This document shows, in pieces, positions 20,576 through 34,200 of a stretch of 64,000 nt of DNA. How positions within the stretch are numbered: the first letter of the stretch is position 1; each line of letters starts with the position of its first letter. The stretch is from an uncultured Chloroflexia bacterium. Its GTDB lineage: Bacteria; Chloroflexota; Limnocylindria; Limnocylindrales; CSP1-4. The notes below the pieces were generated by a model. It saw only the letters and a list, made by a program, of their open reading frames with translations, was not told where the DNA came from and made no database searches. The stretch spans positions 99,190 to 163,189 of the forward strand of contig CAVPNC010000003.1 of assembly GCA_963706695.1 (NCBI GenBank), read 5' to 3'. Both the position numbers and the translations under genes were made by a program.

Positions 20576-22633
20576 CTAGCCTCCTTCTGGTGGCTGGAAC
20601 GACCACGCCGAGATGTCCCAGTCATAGCGGGACTCGGCGGGGTCCACCAGGCCGTCCCTGTCGCGCAGGCGACCGGAAACGGCACTGGACCTGGACTCGT
20701 ACCACAGCGGCCAATAGGGAATGAGCTTCTCGATCTCCTCGTTGACCGAGGCGTACGAGGCCGCTCGCTCCGTCTCCGACATCGTCTCGCGCGCGGCGGC
20801 CACGTGATAGTCGACCAGCTCCGAGCTGAAGCCGCTGGGATTCTCGTCGGCGATGCGGTCCTTGGTAGTGATCCGCGATGACTCGAAGGCGCGGACGGCC
20901 GTGTCCGGATCGGTGCCCAGCCAGCGCGTCCACATGAGCGTGTCGAAGTCGTTGGGATGGCGCATCTGGTTGAGCATGTCCCCGCCGGTGAGGTCGAGCT
21001 CGTCGACGATGAGCTCGATGCCACACTCGGCCAGCTGCTCGGTGGCAGCGTTGGCGAAGGTGAAGAGGTCGACGTTGGTGGGCCGCACCGCGAGCGATGT
21101 GGACAGGCGGGTGCCATCGGCGCGGACCCGCACGCCGTCCTCCGCCAGCTGCCAGCCGGCCATCTCCAGGTCGTTGATGGCCGCCTCCACATCGCGCTCG
21201 GTCAGGCTCAGGCCTGCAGGCGTGGCCCAGGAGGTGGCGGTGTAGGGCGTGGTGGCGAGCGGCCGCTCGTCGTCGAGCGCCAGGCCCAGACCCTCGTGGT
21301 CGATGCACTGCACGAAGGCACGTCGGGCGGCATTGTCGAAGTAGACGCGGTCCGGACGCACGTTGAACAGCACGCCGTACTGGATATCGGTGGGGCGAGC
21401 GGCGGCACGGTAGCCATCGGCCGAGTCGATGATGTCGGCCTGGTCGGCACGCACCTCCAGGATCCAGTCGGCCGCGCCGTTGAGCAGCTGCGTGGTCGCG
21501 ATCTCCGGGTCCGGCTCGACGCGCACCTCCATGTGCGGGATCTTGGCCACGTTGCGCGTGTGGTTGGGGTTGGCCTTCAGGACGTAGGTGCCGTCGGCGC
21601 GGATGCGCTCCAGCTCGTAGGGCCCGCCGCCGAAGGGCGTGGCGGTGGCGTCGAGCAGGCCCAGCGCGGCCGAGTTCTTGTCCTGGGCCTCGCTGTCGAG
21701 CATCTGGGCCAGGGCCACGAGGCGGTCGAGCAGGTCGCCCAGGTAGGTGTTCTCATCGAAGTAGCCCGTATCGTCCGTATAGGGTGCCTCCGAGGGCAAG
21801 TCGATGTTGGCGCGCCGGAAGACCTGCTCCAGCTGCTTGCGGTAGTCGGACAGGCGGCAGCCCTTGGGCGGTTCGGCCACAGCGCAGTCGTCGCTCAGGG
21901 TGTTCTCGTAGATCTGGGCGATGAGCTTGTCAGGCCGGCTCTCGTTGAGTCGGTCAGCAGCTTCGAGCAGCTCCCGCGTGGCCTCCTTGACGTCTTCCTG
22001 GGAGAGGATGGGCAGCTGGGCAAGGACTTCCGTGAGGAACGGTGCGTACGGCTCCGCGAGCAGGATGTTGACCACGTTGTCGTCGCGGTCGGGCTCGTCG
22101 ATCATGTAGGTGCGCACGGTCTCGCACAGCGTCCGGCCCAGGGGGCACGAGTGCGACGACGCCATGCGCAACGAGAAGAGCACGTCGCTCGCCTTCACCT
22201 TCTGGCCGCTGTGGAACTTGGCGTCGGCCTTGATGGGGATGGACCACTCATAGCCCTTGGCGGACTTCTTGATGGTGGGCAGGTCCTTGGCCAGCTCCGG
22301 CACCGGGCGCATGTCCTTGTCCAGCCGATAGAGCGGATCGTAGAGCACGTCCACGAGCAGCTCCTCGGTGGCGTTGAGGTTGTCACCGGGCAGGAGACGC
22401 GTGGGATGCGCTGGCGCGACGACCACGAGCGTATCGTCGCTCGTGGGACGAGGTGTGACCACGGGCGCGGCGGTCGGCGCGGGCGTGACCTCGGCGGTTG
22501 CGCTGGCCACGTCGCTGGCACCCGGCGTGGCCGTGGGCCCCGCGGTCGGCGGGGCCGGATCGGAGAGGCAGGCACCGGCCACGAACAGGCCTGCCAGCGC
22601 GGCCGCCGGCAGCTTCAGGCGCGACAGGATCAC
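20576..22633 (-). CDS. ABC transporter substrate-binding lipoprotein, family 5
   Basis: ORF 20576..22672. I prefer the GTG at 22633 ([22 protein letters not shown], with lipobox), which forms a GTGA overlap with the gcvPB stop. The TTG at 22672 or the GTG at 22642 are also possible. Confidence 0.8.
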   Translation of the reverse strand: MILSRLKLPAAALAGLFVAGACLSDPAPPTAGPTATPGASDVASATAEVTPAPTAAPVVTPRPTSDDTLVVVAPAHPTRLLPGDNLNATEELLVDVLYDPLYRLDKDMRPVPELAKDLPTIKKSAKGYEWSIPIKADAKFHSGQKVKASDVLFSLRMASSHSCPLGRTLCETVRTYMIDEPDRDDNVVNILLAEPYAPFLTEVLAQLPILSQEDVKEATRELLEAADRLNESRPDKLIAQIYENTLSDDCAVAEPPKGCRLSDYRKQLEQVFRRANIDLPSEAPYTDDTGYFDENTYLGDLLDRLVALAQMLDSEAQDKNSAALGLLDATATPFGGGPYELERIRADGTYVLKANPNHTRNVAKIPHMEVRVEPDPEIATTQLLNGAADWILEVRADQADIIDSADGYRAAARPTDIQYGVLFNVRPDRVYFDNAARRAFVQCIDHEGLGLALDDERPLATTPYTATSWATPAGLSLTERDVEAAINDLEMAGWQLAEDGVRVRADGTRLSTSLAVRPTNVDLFTFANAATEQLAECGIELIVDELDLTGGDMLNQMRHPNDFDTLMWTRWLGTDPDTAVRAFESSRITTKDRIADENPSGFSSELVDYHVAAARETMSETERAASYASVNEEIEKLIPYWPLWYESRSSAVSGRLRDRDGLVDPAESRYDWDISAWSFQPPEGG

Positions 22634-24192
22634 CAGGGACACGGGCGCTCCGCGCCGATCATCGGTTGCCAATGCAGGTCCGGCTTGCGGGCCGCGGTCG
22701 TCTCGTCGAGCCGTCGCACCGGTGCGTCGTGGGGGGCGGTCGTCAGCAGCTCGGGGTCCTCATGGGCCTCACGGGCGACGGCGATGAGGGCGTCGGCGAA
22801 GGCATCGAGCGTTTCGAGCGACTCCGTCTCGGTCGGTTCGATGAGCAGGCATTCATCGATGATGAGGGGGAAGTAGATGGTCGGTGGGTGATAGCCGTGG
22901 TCGATGAGCCGTTTGGCGATGTCGTAGGTGCGGACCCCGGTGCGGGCCTTGATGGTGGCGGCGCTGGCCACGAACTCATGCTTGCAGGGGCCGCCCACGG
23001 GCAGGTCGTAGGCCTCACCGATGCGAGCGCGCAAGTAGTTGGCAGCGAGCACGGCGTCCTCGCTGACCTGGCGGAGGCCCTCGCCACCATGCGCACGGAT
23101 GTAGGCGTAGGCCCGGACGAGCACCCCGGTGCTGCCCTGGTAGGCCCGCACGCGGCCGATGCTCCGAGGGCGCTCTCCGGGGCGTTCCCGCCGGAAGGAC
23201 CCATCGTCCTCGCGCAGCACGAGCGGCTCGGGCAGGTACGGCACGAGGTGCTCGGCCACCGCGATGGGCCCGGCTCCGGGACCGCCCCCGCCGTGCGGCG
23301 TGGAGAACGTCTTGTGCAGGTTGAAGTGCATGACGTCGAAGCCGGCCTGGCCCGGTCGGAAGTGGCCCAACACCGCGTTCATGTTGGCGCCGTCCATGTA
23401 GGCCAGCGCACCCGCCTCATGGACCGCCTCGAGCAGCTCCACCACGTGGTGCTCGAAGAGCCCGAGGGTGCTGGGGTTGGTCAGCATCACGGCCGCGGTC
23501 CGTGGGCCCACGGCTGCCCGCAGGGCCTCGATGTCGACGAGACCGTCCGGTGTGGAGGTGATCGTCACCGTCTTGAAGCCGGCCATCGACGCGGTGGCCG
23601 GGTTGGTCCCGTGCGACGAGTCGGGCACGATGACCTCATCTCGCTCCACGTCACCACGCGCGAGGTGATAGGCCCGGATGACGAGGATGCCGGTCAGCTC
23701 GCCGTGAGCGCCTGCGGCCGGCTGCAGCGAGACCGCCGGGAAGCCACCGATCTCCGCGAGCTGCCGCTGGAGGGTCCACATCAGCTCCAGGCTGCCCTGG
23801 GCCAGGGCGTCGGGCGCGAGCGGGTGGAGCTGGGCCAGACCGGGCAGGCGGGCCGCTGCTTCGTTGATCTTGGGGTTGTACTTCATGGTGCACGACCCCA
23901 GCGGGTAGAGGCCGCTGTCCACGGAGTAGTTGAGGTGGGAGAGGCGCACGAAGTGGTGGACCACGGTGGGCTCGTCGATCTCCGGCAGCGCCAGGGGCGT
24001 GCGGCGAAGGTGCTCGGCAGGCACCCCGGCAAGCGCGCCTGCGGGGGCATGCGGCACCTTGAACGAGGAGCGGCCTGGCGCATGCAGCTCGGAGAGCAGC
24101 GGCTGCAGGTCCGGTCCGACCGCCGACCGACGGGCATTCTCCGGGACCAGGATGGGCCGGGGGCGGTTGGTCGCGAGATGCGGCTCGGTCAT
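22630..24192 (-). CDS. gcvPB: glycine dehydrogenase (decarboxylating) subunit 2
   Basis: 520-aa ORF with [14 protein letters not shown], and [18 protein letters not shown] carrying the PLP-lysine context. Confidence 0.92.
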   Translation of the reverse strand: MTEPHLATNRPRPILVPENARRSAVGPDLQPLLSELHAPGRSSFKVPHAPAGALAGVPAEHLRRTPLALPEIDEPTVVHHFVRLSHLNYSVDSGLYPLGSCTMKYNPKINEAAARLPGLAQLHPLAPDALAQGSLELMWTLQRQLAEIGGFPAVSLQPAAGAHGELTGILVIRAYHLARGDVERDEVIVPDSSHGTNPATASMAGFKTVTITSTPDGLVDIEALRAAVGPRTAAVMLTNPSTLGLFEHHVVELLEAVHEAGALAYMDGANMNAVLGHFRPGQAGFDVMHFNLHKTFSTPHGGGGPGAGPIAVAEHLVPYLPEPLVLREDDGSFRRERPGERPRSIGRVRAYQGSTGVLVRAYAYIRAHGGEGLRQVSEDAVLAANYLRARIGEAYDLPVGGPCKHEFVASAATIKARTGVRTYDIAKRLIDHGYHPPTIYFPLIIDECLLIEPTETESLETLDAFADALIAVAREAHEDPELLTTAPHDAPVRRLDETTAARKPDLHWQPMIGAERPCPW

Positions 24193-25538
24193 GTCTTCAC
24201 TCCCCTCAGGCCCGCCAGCAGCCGCTCGATGTCCTCATCGGTGGTCAGCTCCGTGGCGCACAGCAGCAGGCCATCTGCGAGGACCGGGTCGCCCGGGTAC
24301 CAGGTCGCGAGGGGCAAGCCGGCGAGCACGCCCGCCTCCAGCAGGCGAGCGTGCACGGTCGGGGCGTCAGGCACCCGCACGGCGAACTCGTTGAGATAGG
24401 GCGCGCCGTGCAGTCGCTCGATGCCGGCCCCTGCCAGCGCTTCCTCCAGGTGCCGGGCCTGTGCGGCGCCGGCGGCCGCCACGTCACCCAGCCCGTGCGG
24501 CCCCAGGGTGGCCAGGTAGGTCGTGGCCGCCAGTGCGCAGAGCGCCTGGTTGGTGCAGATGTTGGAGGCGGCCTTGTCGCGGCGGATGTCCTGCTCACGC
24601 GCGCGCAGCGTCATCACGAACGCGCGTCGTCCTTCGATGTCCGTGGTCTTGCCCACGAGTCGTCCGGGGATCTGGCGGATGAGCTCCGTGCTGCAGGCCA
24701 GCAGGCCCAGGTAGGGCCCGCCGAACTGGGGCGCGATGCCCAGCGGCTGCCCCTCACCCGCGGCGATGTCCGCGCCGTAGTCGGCGGGTGGCGCCAGCAC
24801 CGCCAGCGAGACCGGCTCCACCACGGCCACGAAGAGCGCGCCGGCAGCGTGCGCCAGCGCTGCGGCGGCGGCCATCGGCTCGAGCAGCCCGAAGGCGTTG
24901 GGCTGCCCCAGGATCACCCCCGCGACCGGATCCTCGGTATCGGCGAGGGCCGCCTCCAGCGCGGCCAGGTCCGTCAGTCCGTCGGGCGTGGTGGGCAGCT
25001 CCTCCAGCCTGCGCGTGCCGGCCGAGAAGTAGGTCCGCGTGGTCTCGACGTAGTGGCGGTGGAGCGCACGGCTGATGAGCACCCGATCCCGGCGCGTCGC
25101 GCGCACGGTCATGAGGGCAGCTTCAGCCGTGGCCGCGGCCCCGTCATAGTGCGAGGCCGAGACGACGGGCAGGCCCGTCAGCTGCCCTACCAGCGACTGG
25201 AACTCGTAGATCGTCTGCAGCGTGCCCTGGCTGATCTCCGGCTGGTAGGGCGTGTAGGCCGTGTAGAACTCGCCACGCGACAGGACCGCATCGACCGCAG
25301 CCGGGATGTAGTGGTGGTACACCCCCGCGCCCAGGAACGAGGCCAGGTCCACCCGGTTGCGGGCGGCCAGGGCGGCCAGCTCACGGCTCAGGGTCAGCTC
25401 GGAGGTGGGCCCCGGCAGGTCCAGGCCGCCGGCCCTGACCGGCGCCGGGATGTCGTCGAAGAGGCGCTCGACCGAGTCGAGGCCCAGCGTCTCGAGCATG
25501 GCGGCGCGGGTTTCGGGGGTGTGGGGGCCGTAGACCAT
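24189..25538 (-). CDS. gcvPA: glycine dehydrogenase (decarboxylating) subunit 1
   Basis: 449-aa ORF with [16 protein letters not shown] and [14 protein letters not shown]. Its stop overlaps the gcvPB start. Confidence 0.92.
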   Translation of the reverse strand: MVYGPHTPETRAAMLETLGLDSVERLFDDIPAPVRAGGLDLPGPTSELTLSRELAALAARNRVDLASFLGAGVYHHYIPAAVDAVLSRGEFYTAYTPYQPEISQGTLQTIYEFQSLVGQLTGLPVVSASHYDGAAATAEAALMTVRATRRDRVLISRALHRHYVETTRTYFSAGTRRLEELPTTPDGLTDLAALEAALADTEDPVAGVILGQPNAFGLLEPMAAAAALAHAAGALFVAVVEPVSLAVLAPPADYGADIAAGEGQPLGIAPQFGGPYLGLLACSTELIRQIPGRLVGKTTDIEGRRAFVMTLRAREQDIRRDKAASNICTNQALCALAATTYLATLGPHGLGDVAAAGAAQARHLEEALAGAGIERLHGAPYLNEFAVRVPDAPTVHARLLEAGVLAGLPLATWYPGDPVLADGLLLCATELTTDEDIERLLAGLRGVKT

Positions 25539-25543
25539 GATGA

Positions 25544-25924
25544 TCAGCCGGCGATCGTCTCTTGGTAGGCGTCCGCGTCCATGAGCGTCTCCACCTCCGC
25601 CGGGTCCGCCAGCCGCAGTCGCAGCATCCAGCCGCCCTCATAGGGCTCGCTATTGACCAGCTCGGGCGCATCGGCGAGCGCCTCGTTGACGGCGAGGACC
25701 TCACCCGCTGCGGGGGCGAAGAGGTCGCTGGCGGTCTTGACCGACTCGATGACGCCGAAGGTCTCATCCCGGGTCACGCTGCGACCGACCTCCGGCAGCT
25801 CCACGAAGACGATGTCGCCCAGCTCCTCTGCGGCGTAGGCGGTGATGCCCACCACGGCCTCATCGCCCTCGGTGCGCAGCCACTCATGATCCTTGGTATA
25901 GCGCAGGCTCTGGGGTACATCCAC
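25544..25924 (-). CDS. gcvH: glycine cleavage system H protein
   Basis: 126-aa ORF. YTKDHEWL and the lipoyl-lysine context ESVKTASDLFAP are present. Confidence 0.93.
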   Translation of the reverse strand: MDVPQSLRYTKDHEWLRTEGDEAVVGITAYAAEELGDIVFVELPEVGRSVTRDETFGVIESVKTASDLFAPAAGEVLAVNEALADAPELVNSEPYEGGWMLRLRLADPAEVETLMDADAYQETIAG

Positions 25925-25986
25925 GTCACGGTCCTCCAGCGATCAGCGACAGCCCGACGCTCCCCCGGCGGGCCTGCGGGCCGGGC

Positions 25987-27079
<1,093 letters not shown>

Positions 27080-27087
<8 letters not shown>

Positions 27088-27535
27088 GGTCGGCCACCGG
27101 GAGGGCCCGGGCCACGATGTCTCGCTCGGTGGGGAAGCGCATCAGGGCCTCCGCCTCGGCCACCTCGAACCAGCGCACATCCTCGAACTCATGGTCGTGG
27201 TCGGCGAGGTCGCCCCCGGTCGCTTCCATCAGGTAGTAGTGGACGGTCTTGTCGATGCGCCGGCCCTCGCGCACGAAGCGGTAGTGGATATCACCGATGG
27301 TGTCGAGGATGCGGACCTGCAGCCCGGTCTCCTCGGTCACCTCGCGCAGGGCTGTCTCCTCCGGCGTCTCGTCACCGTCCGGGGTGCCCTTGGGCAGCGA
27401 CCAGATCTCACGCCGCCCGTCATGCCGTCGCCGGCCCAGCACCAGCTGCGCACCGTCCTGGCCTTGGCGGATGACGACGCCGCCGGCGCTGAAGGCACGC
27501 TCGACGGGAAGGCCTGTCGACCTCGGCTTGCCCAC
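27080..27535 (-). CDS. NUDIX hydrolase
   Basis: 151-aa ORF with a GTG start. Nudix box: GTPDGDETPEETALREVTEETGL. Its stop overlaps the gcvT start by 8 nt. Confidence 0.85.
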
Positions 27536-27870
27536 GTCAGCGGGGGCGGGTCACCGCGCGGAACGAACGCGGGTCGCGGAGCGCCCGGTGTGGGGATGAC
27601 CAGCGGATGGAGGCGCGCCGGATCGTGGCGTGGCCCGCCAGCTCGGAATGCGGCTCGGGGGTCAGACCGCGAGCGGAGCGGCGGATGGCTCCGACCGGGT
27701 CACGCACGACGGCCGCACGCACGATCGCGGGCAGGCCTGGCGTGATGCGCGAATGGCCACGCGACAACGGATGCGGAGCCCGCGCTGACCCGACCCGCGA
27801 CACGAACCTCGTCCCTGGGTGTGTCGCGCGGATGGAGCTGACGCCTCGCTGCATGTGCCGATGGTACCGC

Positions 27871-28887
27871 CTATCCGTCTTCGAGCAGTCGCCGAAGCGG
27901 CGCCGCCTGCGCCTCATCGATGGCGCCGCGGCCGAGCGCCAGGTCCAGCTCGCGCGCGGCGGTGGCGCGATACATCTCCACGGCGCCCGGAGCCAGCCGC
28001 CGCATGGCCTCGAGGTGTCCCCGGATGGTCCCGACATCGCCACGCACGAAGGGTCCCGTGAGGGCGTTGCCGATGCCCATCGCCTCCGCATTGGTCAGGG
28101 CCTGTCGGATGAGCGGGACGTAGATGGCCAGGGCGCCAGCTTCGTCGAGCCCCGCTCCCCTGGCCACCTCGGCCACTCCGTCAAGGAGCCCGATGACGCC
28201 ACCGCCCGCCAGCACCGCCGCGGCGTGATAGGCCGTCTTGCCGGTCGGGGGCAGGCGCACGGGCTGGGCCCCGATGTCCGTGGCCAGCTGGCCCAGCAGC
28301 GTTACCAGCTCTTCATCGCCCTCGACTGCGATGGTCGAGCCGGGCAGGGAGCGCACGGCGGCGTCCTGGTTGGCGAAGGCCACCAGGGGGTGGAACGAAC
28401 CGAGCTGCGTGCCCGCCGCGCGGGCGGGTTCGAGCACGCTCGCGTCGAGCGCGCCGGACGTGTGTACCGCAGCCTGGCCGGCATACAGGCGCAGCTCGGC
28501 GGCGACGTCGGCGATGGCGTCGTCTGGCACGGTCACGAAGATGAGGTCGACGTCGTCGGTGAGGGCCGCGACCGAGGGCACAGCACGAGCCGTGGGCACC
28601 AGCTCCCGGAAGCGATCGGCGTGGGCCTGCTCACGGGTGGCGATAGCCGCCACCGGCCAGCCGGCGCGGGCGAAGACCACGCCCAGGGCACTGCTGACGC
28701 GACCAGCGCCGACGAAGCCGATCCGCGGATGACCGCTGGGGTCGCTGGGCGGGTGTGGGTGGCGATGGCCGGGGGCACCGCCGTGGTCATGGTTCACCCT
28801 CCAAGCGTATCGGTCCCGCAGCCCCACGTATACTGGGAGCAGCAACTCGAACGACCCGAGGCGGGCACTCCCGTCAGGAGCCGACAA
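27871..28887 (-). CDS. Rossmann-fold NAD(P)-binding protein, DUF2520-like; N-terminus uncertain
   Basis: IGFVGAGRVSSALG dinucleotide-binding motif, DLIFVTVPDDAI, and a C-terminal helical domain. See the finding on the Shine-Dalgarno/ATG frame mismatch at 28790. Confidence 0.7.
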   Translation of the reverse strand: MSAPDGSARLGSFELLLPVYVGLRDRYAWRVNHDHGGAPGHRHPHPPSDPSGHPRIGFVGAGRVSSALGVVFARAGWPVAAIATREQAHADRFRELVPTARAVPSVAALTDDVDLIFVTVPDDAIADVAAELRLYAGQAAVHTSGALDASVLEPARAAGTQLGSFHPLVAFANQDAAVRSLPGSTIAVEGDEELVTLLGQLATDIGAQPVRLPPTGKTAYHAAAVLAGGGVIGLLDGVAEVARGAGLDEAGALAIYVPLIRQALTNAEAMGIGNALTGPFVRGDVGTIRGHLEAMRRLAPGAVEMYRATAARELDLALGRGAIDEAQAAPLRRLLEDG

Positions 28888-28926
28888 CGCGAGCGCGCCC
28901 GCCGCGCCCTATCGGAGACTCGCCTC

Positions 28927-31602
<2,676 letters not shown>

Positions 31603-31960
31603 CCGCGTCGGGGGTCTCGCGCTCGGCTGCCGTCCAGGTGGGTCGCTCCGGCCGGTGTTCGTGGCCGGCCGTCGCCGGTGTGGGGCTGACGGCGGTCCCG
31701 GGGCCGGCCTCAGCGGCAGGGCTGGCGTCGGTGGTACCGGGCGTTGCGACAGGTGTCGGCTCAGGCGACCGTGGGTGCGCTCGTAGCCAGCTGCACCGGG
31801 CCCTGACGACTCCACGGCATCACCGTAGCGCCGCCGTGGTGCGTGTCTGGGCTGCTCCGCGGACGCCCGGGTCGTGCGCTCGCGCGCTTCGTGTGCCGAA
31901 GGTCGCTGGACGCGACAGGTGTCTACCGGCGCGGGCGATCCAGGCCCGTCGTGTCGCGGC

Positions 31961-32070
31961 CAGCGACGGGTGGCTGCCGCGGGGCGGACCCACAGCGACG
32001 GGTGGCTGCCGCGGGGCGGACCCACAGCGACGGGTGGCTGCCGCGGGGCGGACCCACAGCGACGGGTGGC
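31961..32070. repeat. 32-bp tandem repeat, 3 full copies plus a partial fourth
   Basis: cagcgacgggtggctgccgcggggcggaccca repeats at 31961, 31993 and 32025, then cagcgacgggtggc runs into the stop codon (cta, 32070-32072) of the minus-strand dehydrogenase gene. Confidence 0.9.
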
Positions 32071-33293
32071 TACGACGCGGCGCTGACCCCCAGGACGTCG
32101 CCGGTGCCGGTGAGGAGATAGAGCTCGCCAGCGTCGTCGGTGCCGAAGGACCGGACCTGCCCCAGCTCGGCGGGCACCCGGCCCACGACCGCGGGTCGGG
32201 CCAGCCCGGTCCGCAGCTGCTCGGCAGGCACGGCCCAGAGGGTGCCGCTGCAGTAGTCGGCATAGAGGTAGGTGTCATCAGGTAGCGAGCCGGCCGCTCC
32301 GTGGTAGACGTAGCCGCCGATGACGCTGCAGTGCCCGACCTCGCCATCCACGTGCGGATAGGCGATGACCGGCGCGATGTGTGCGGTCGGGTCGCAGGCG
32401 CGACCGTAGAAGCAGTCCGCCCCTTCCATCACCGACCAGCCGAACGATGGCTCGCGCGTGCCTGGGGCCAGCACGTCGATCTCCTCCCAGTCGCTTTGGC
32501 CCACATCGCCGATGTAGATGTGGCCGGTCCTCTCGTCGACGCTGAACCGCCACGGATTGCGCAGGCCGATGGCGTGGATCTCACCGCGCGCCTCGGGATC
32601 GTCGGCGAAGCCGTTGTCGAGTGGCACGGCGTAGGGGAACCCGCGATCGACGTCGAGCCGCAGGAGCGAGGCCAGCAGCGAAGCGCGGTCCTGCCCGGCG
32701 CCGGCAGGGTCGTTGCCGGTGCTGCCGTCGCCGATGCCTGCCAGCAGCATGCCCTCGGCGTCGAAGGCCAGCATGCCGCCCTTGTGCATGGTGCTGAAGG
32801 ACGGGATGACCAGCAGGGCCAGCTCGGAGTCCTCGACGCGCCCGTCGCCGCCGACCGTGAACTGGCTGATGGACGTGGCACCGTCAGCGTCGTCACGCGA
32901 GTAGAGCACGTAGAACCGCCCGTTCTCTGCGAACTCGGGGTGGAAGGCCAGGCCCAGCAGGCCGCGCTCGTGGTGATGCAGGACCCGATCGCGGATATCA
33001 AGGAACGGCTCCGGCTCCACGCTGCCATCGGCGGCGAGGGTGCGGATCAGGCCTCGTTGCTCGACGACGTAGCGGAGCCCATCGTCATCCCCTGCCCCGG
33101 TCAGGAAGACGGGCGACTCCAGGCCCGAGGACACGATCGACAGCTCCACCCGCAGGTCGAGCGGGTCGGCCGCCGCATCCTCACCTTCGAGCACCTGGCC
33201 CACGAGGAGGATGGCGATGCCCACCAGGGCGAGGGTGATGATGGCGACGTTGATGACCAGGCTCGCGCGGACCGGCCGTGGCCGCGTGGTCAA
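32070..33293 (-). CDS. PQQ-dependent sugar dehydrogenase (glucose/sorbosone dehydrogenase family), membrane anchored
   Basis: 407-aa ORF with an N-terminal TM segment and GLLGLAFHPEFAENGRFYVLYS, GLRNPWRFSVD, DVGQSDWEEIDV, FGWSVMEG. Confidence 0.85.
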   Translation of the reverse strand: MTTRPRPVRASLVINVAIITLALVGIAILLVGQVLEGEDAAADPLDLRVELSIVSSGLESPVFLTGAGDDDGLRYVVEQRGLIRTLAADGSVEPEPFLDIRDRVLHHHERGLLGLAFHPEFAENGRFYVLYSRDDADGATSISQFTVGGDGRVEDSELALLVIPSFSTMHKGGMLAFDAEGMLLAGIGDGSTGNDPAGAGQDRASLLASLLRLDVDRGFPYAVPLDNGFADDPEARGEIHAIGLRNPWRFSVDERTGHIYIGDVGQSDWEEIDVLAPGTREPSFGWSVMEGADCFYGRACDPTAHIAPVIAYPHVDGEVGHCSVIGGYVYHGAAGSLPDDTYLYADYCSGTLWAVPAEQLRTGLARPAVVGRVPAELGQVRSFGTDDAGELYLLTGTGDVLGVSAAS

Positions 33294-33296
33294 TCG

Positions 33297-34145
33297 TTAC
33301 GTCCCGGCCGACCGAACCAGCTCCACGACCGGCTCGTCGAAGCCATCGGAGAGCGTGAGCACGTCGTCCACCTGCTCCCAGTAGAGGATCTCGCCCAGCG
33401 CTCGCAGGAGCTGGCGCTCGGCGCGCGCGGCCTCACCGTCACAGGGCAGGCCCTCGGGCTCGATGGGGCCGAGGGTCATGCCGCTGCCCTCGTAGCGATA
33501 CTGGCCCAGGAGCAGGCGGCAGCCGGAGCTGCCCTCGAGGCTGCCGTCCTCGAGCAGCGTCAGTGACATGGGACGATCCGGCAGGGGCTCGACGAGGTTG
33601 CCATTGGGGCGGCGGTAGCCCGTGATGCTCCAGTCACCGGTCGGGTCGCCGATCCCGAGGGTCTCGAGCACCACCCGCGTCACCCCCGCCCCGTCGAGCA
33701 GCTCGAGGCCGGTGCCGGCGGCCTGCCAACGGACCGACGCAGTGAGTGCCGTCGAGAGCCCGATGGCCTCCGCCGTCTGCGGCTCCTCGCACCCGAGGTT
33801 GCCGGTGGGGGTAATGCCCAGGGACAGCTCCTCGCCCTCGTAGAACCAGCCGCCATCGAAGCGGCCGCAGGCGGTCTCCCCCTCGAGCTGGCCCTGGGCC
33901 AGGAAGGCCACCTGCAACGAGCTCTCAGGAAGCGGCTCGGAGAGGCCCTGCTCCCAGGCGTCGTAGGCCACCACCGCCCAGCTGCCCTCCGGGCTGGTGG
34001 CGACGGCCACGGGCGTCTCGGTCGGGACGAGAGAGGGAGAGGGCTCGGGCGTCGCCTCCTGAGCTGCAGCGGCGGCCGGGGCGAGCACGAAGGCACCGGC
34101 CATGGCGGCGGCAAGCAGGCGGCGCGAACGGTCGATCAGGGGCAC
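33297..34145 (-). CDS. secreted protein with two META (HslJ-like) domains
   Basis: GTG 34145 gives the signal peptide VPLIDRSRRLLAAAMAGAFVLAPAAAAAQE. There are two repeats of the G..(A/G)C......G.Y...G..L.......T...C pattern (ETACGRFDGGWFYEGEELSL..NLGCEEP and SSGCRLLLGQYRYEGSGMTL..GLPCDGE). Confidence 0.7.
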   Translation of the reverse strand: MPLIDRSRRLLAAAMAGAFVLAPAAAAAQEATPEPSPSLVPTETPVAVATSPEGSWAVVAYDAWEQGLSEPLPESSLQVAFLAQGQLEGETACGRFDGGWFYEGEELSLGITPTGNLGCEEPQTAEAIGLSTALTASVRWQAAGTGLELLDGAGVTRVVLETLGIGDPTGDWSITGYRRPNGNLVEPLPDRPMSLTLLEDGSLEGSSGCRLLLGQYRYEGSGMTLGPIEPEGLPCDGEAARAERQLLRALGEILYWEQVDDVLTLSDGFDEPVVELVRSAGT

Positions 34146-34200
34146 GCCTGCAAGCCTACCGCTGATGCCGCGAGGTCCGCACGCGCGATACCGTAGGCCG

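Noticed and set aside
18311-20881. An 856-aa ORF on the plus strand. Similar long ORFs occur at 3768..5414, 5861..7438, 20957..22876, 22498..24399, 34156..35703, 38894..39979, 58393..59814 and elsewhere.
   Set aside because: Each lies antisense to a gene with clear family motifs. Their translations are dominated by Arg/Gly/Ala/Asp/Val/His with no recognisable motifs. These are typical shadow ORFs caused by the lack of stop codons in very GC-rich DNA.
27537-27854. An ORF of about 105 codons on the minus strand, ending 1 nt before the NUDIX start. It has high third-position GC.
   Set aside because: By eye the composition is about one fifth Arg, with no Lys, Asn, Tyr or Cys. There is no Shine-Dalgarno sequence before the ATG and no recognisable motif. 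It looks like a spurious GC-rich ORF, although coding cannot be excluded without comparative data.
31961-32070. A 32-bp repeat considered as a possible CRISPR array.
   Set aside because: The repeats are directly adjacent with no spacers, there are only about 3.4 copies, and there are no cas genes anywhere in the window. It is a simple tandem repeat.
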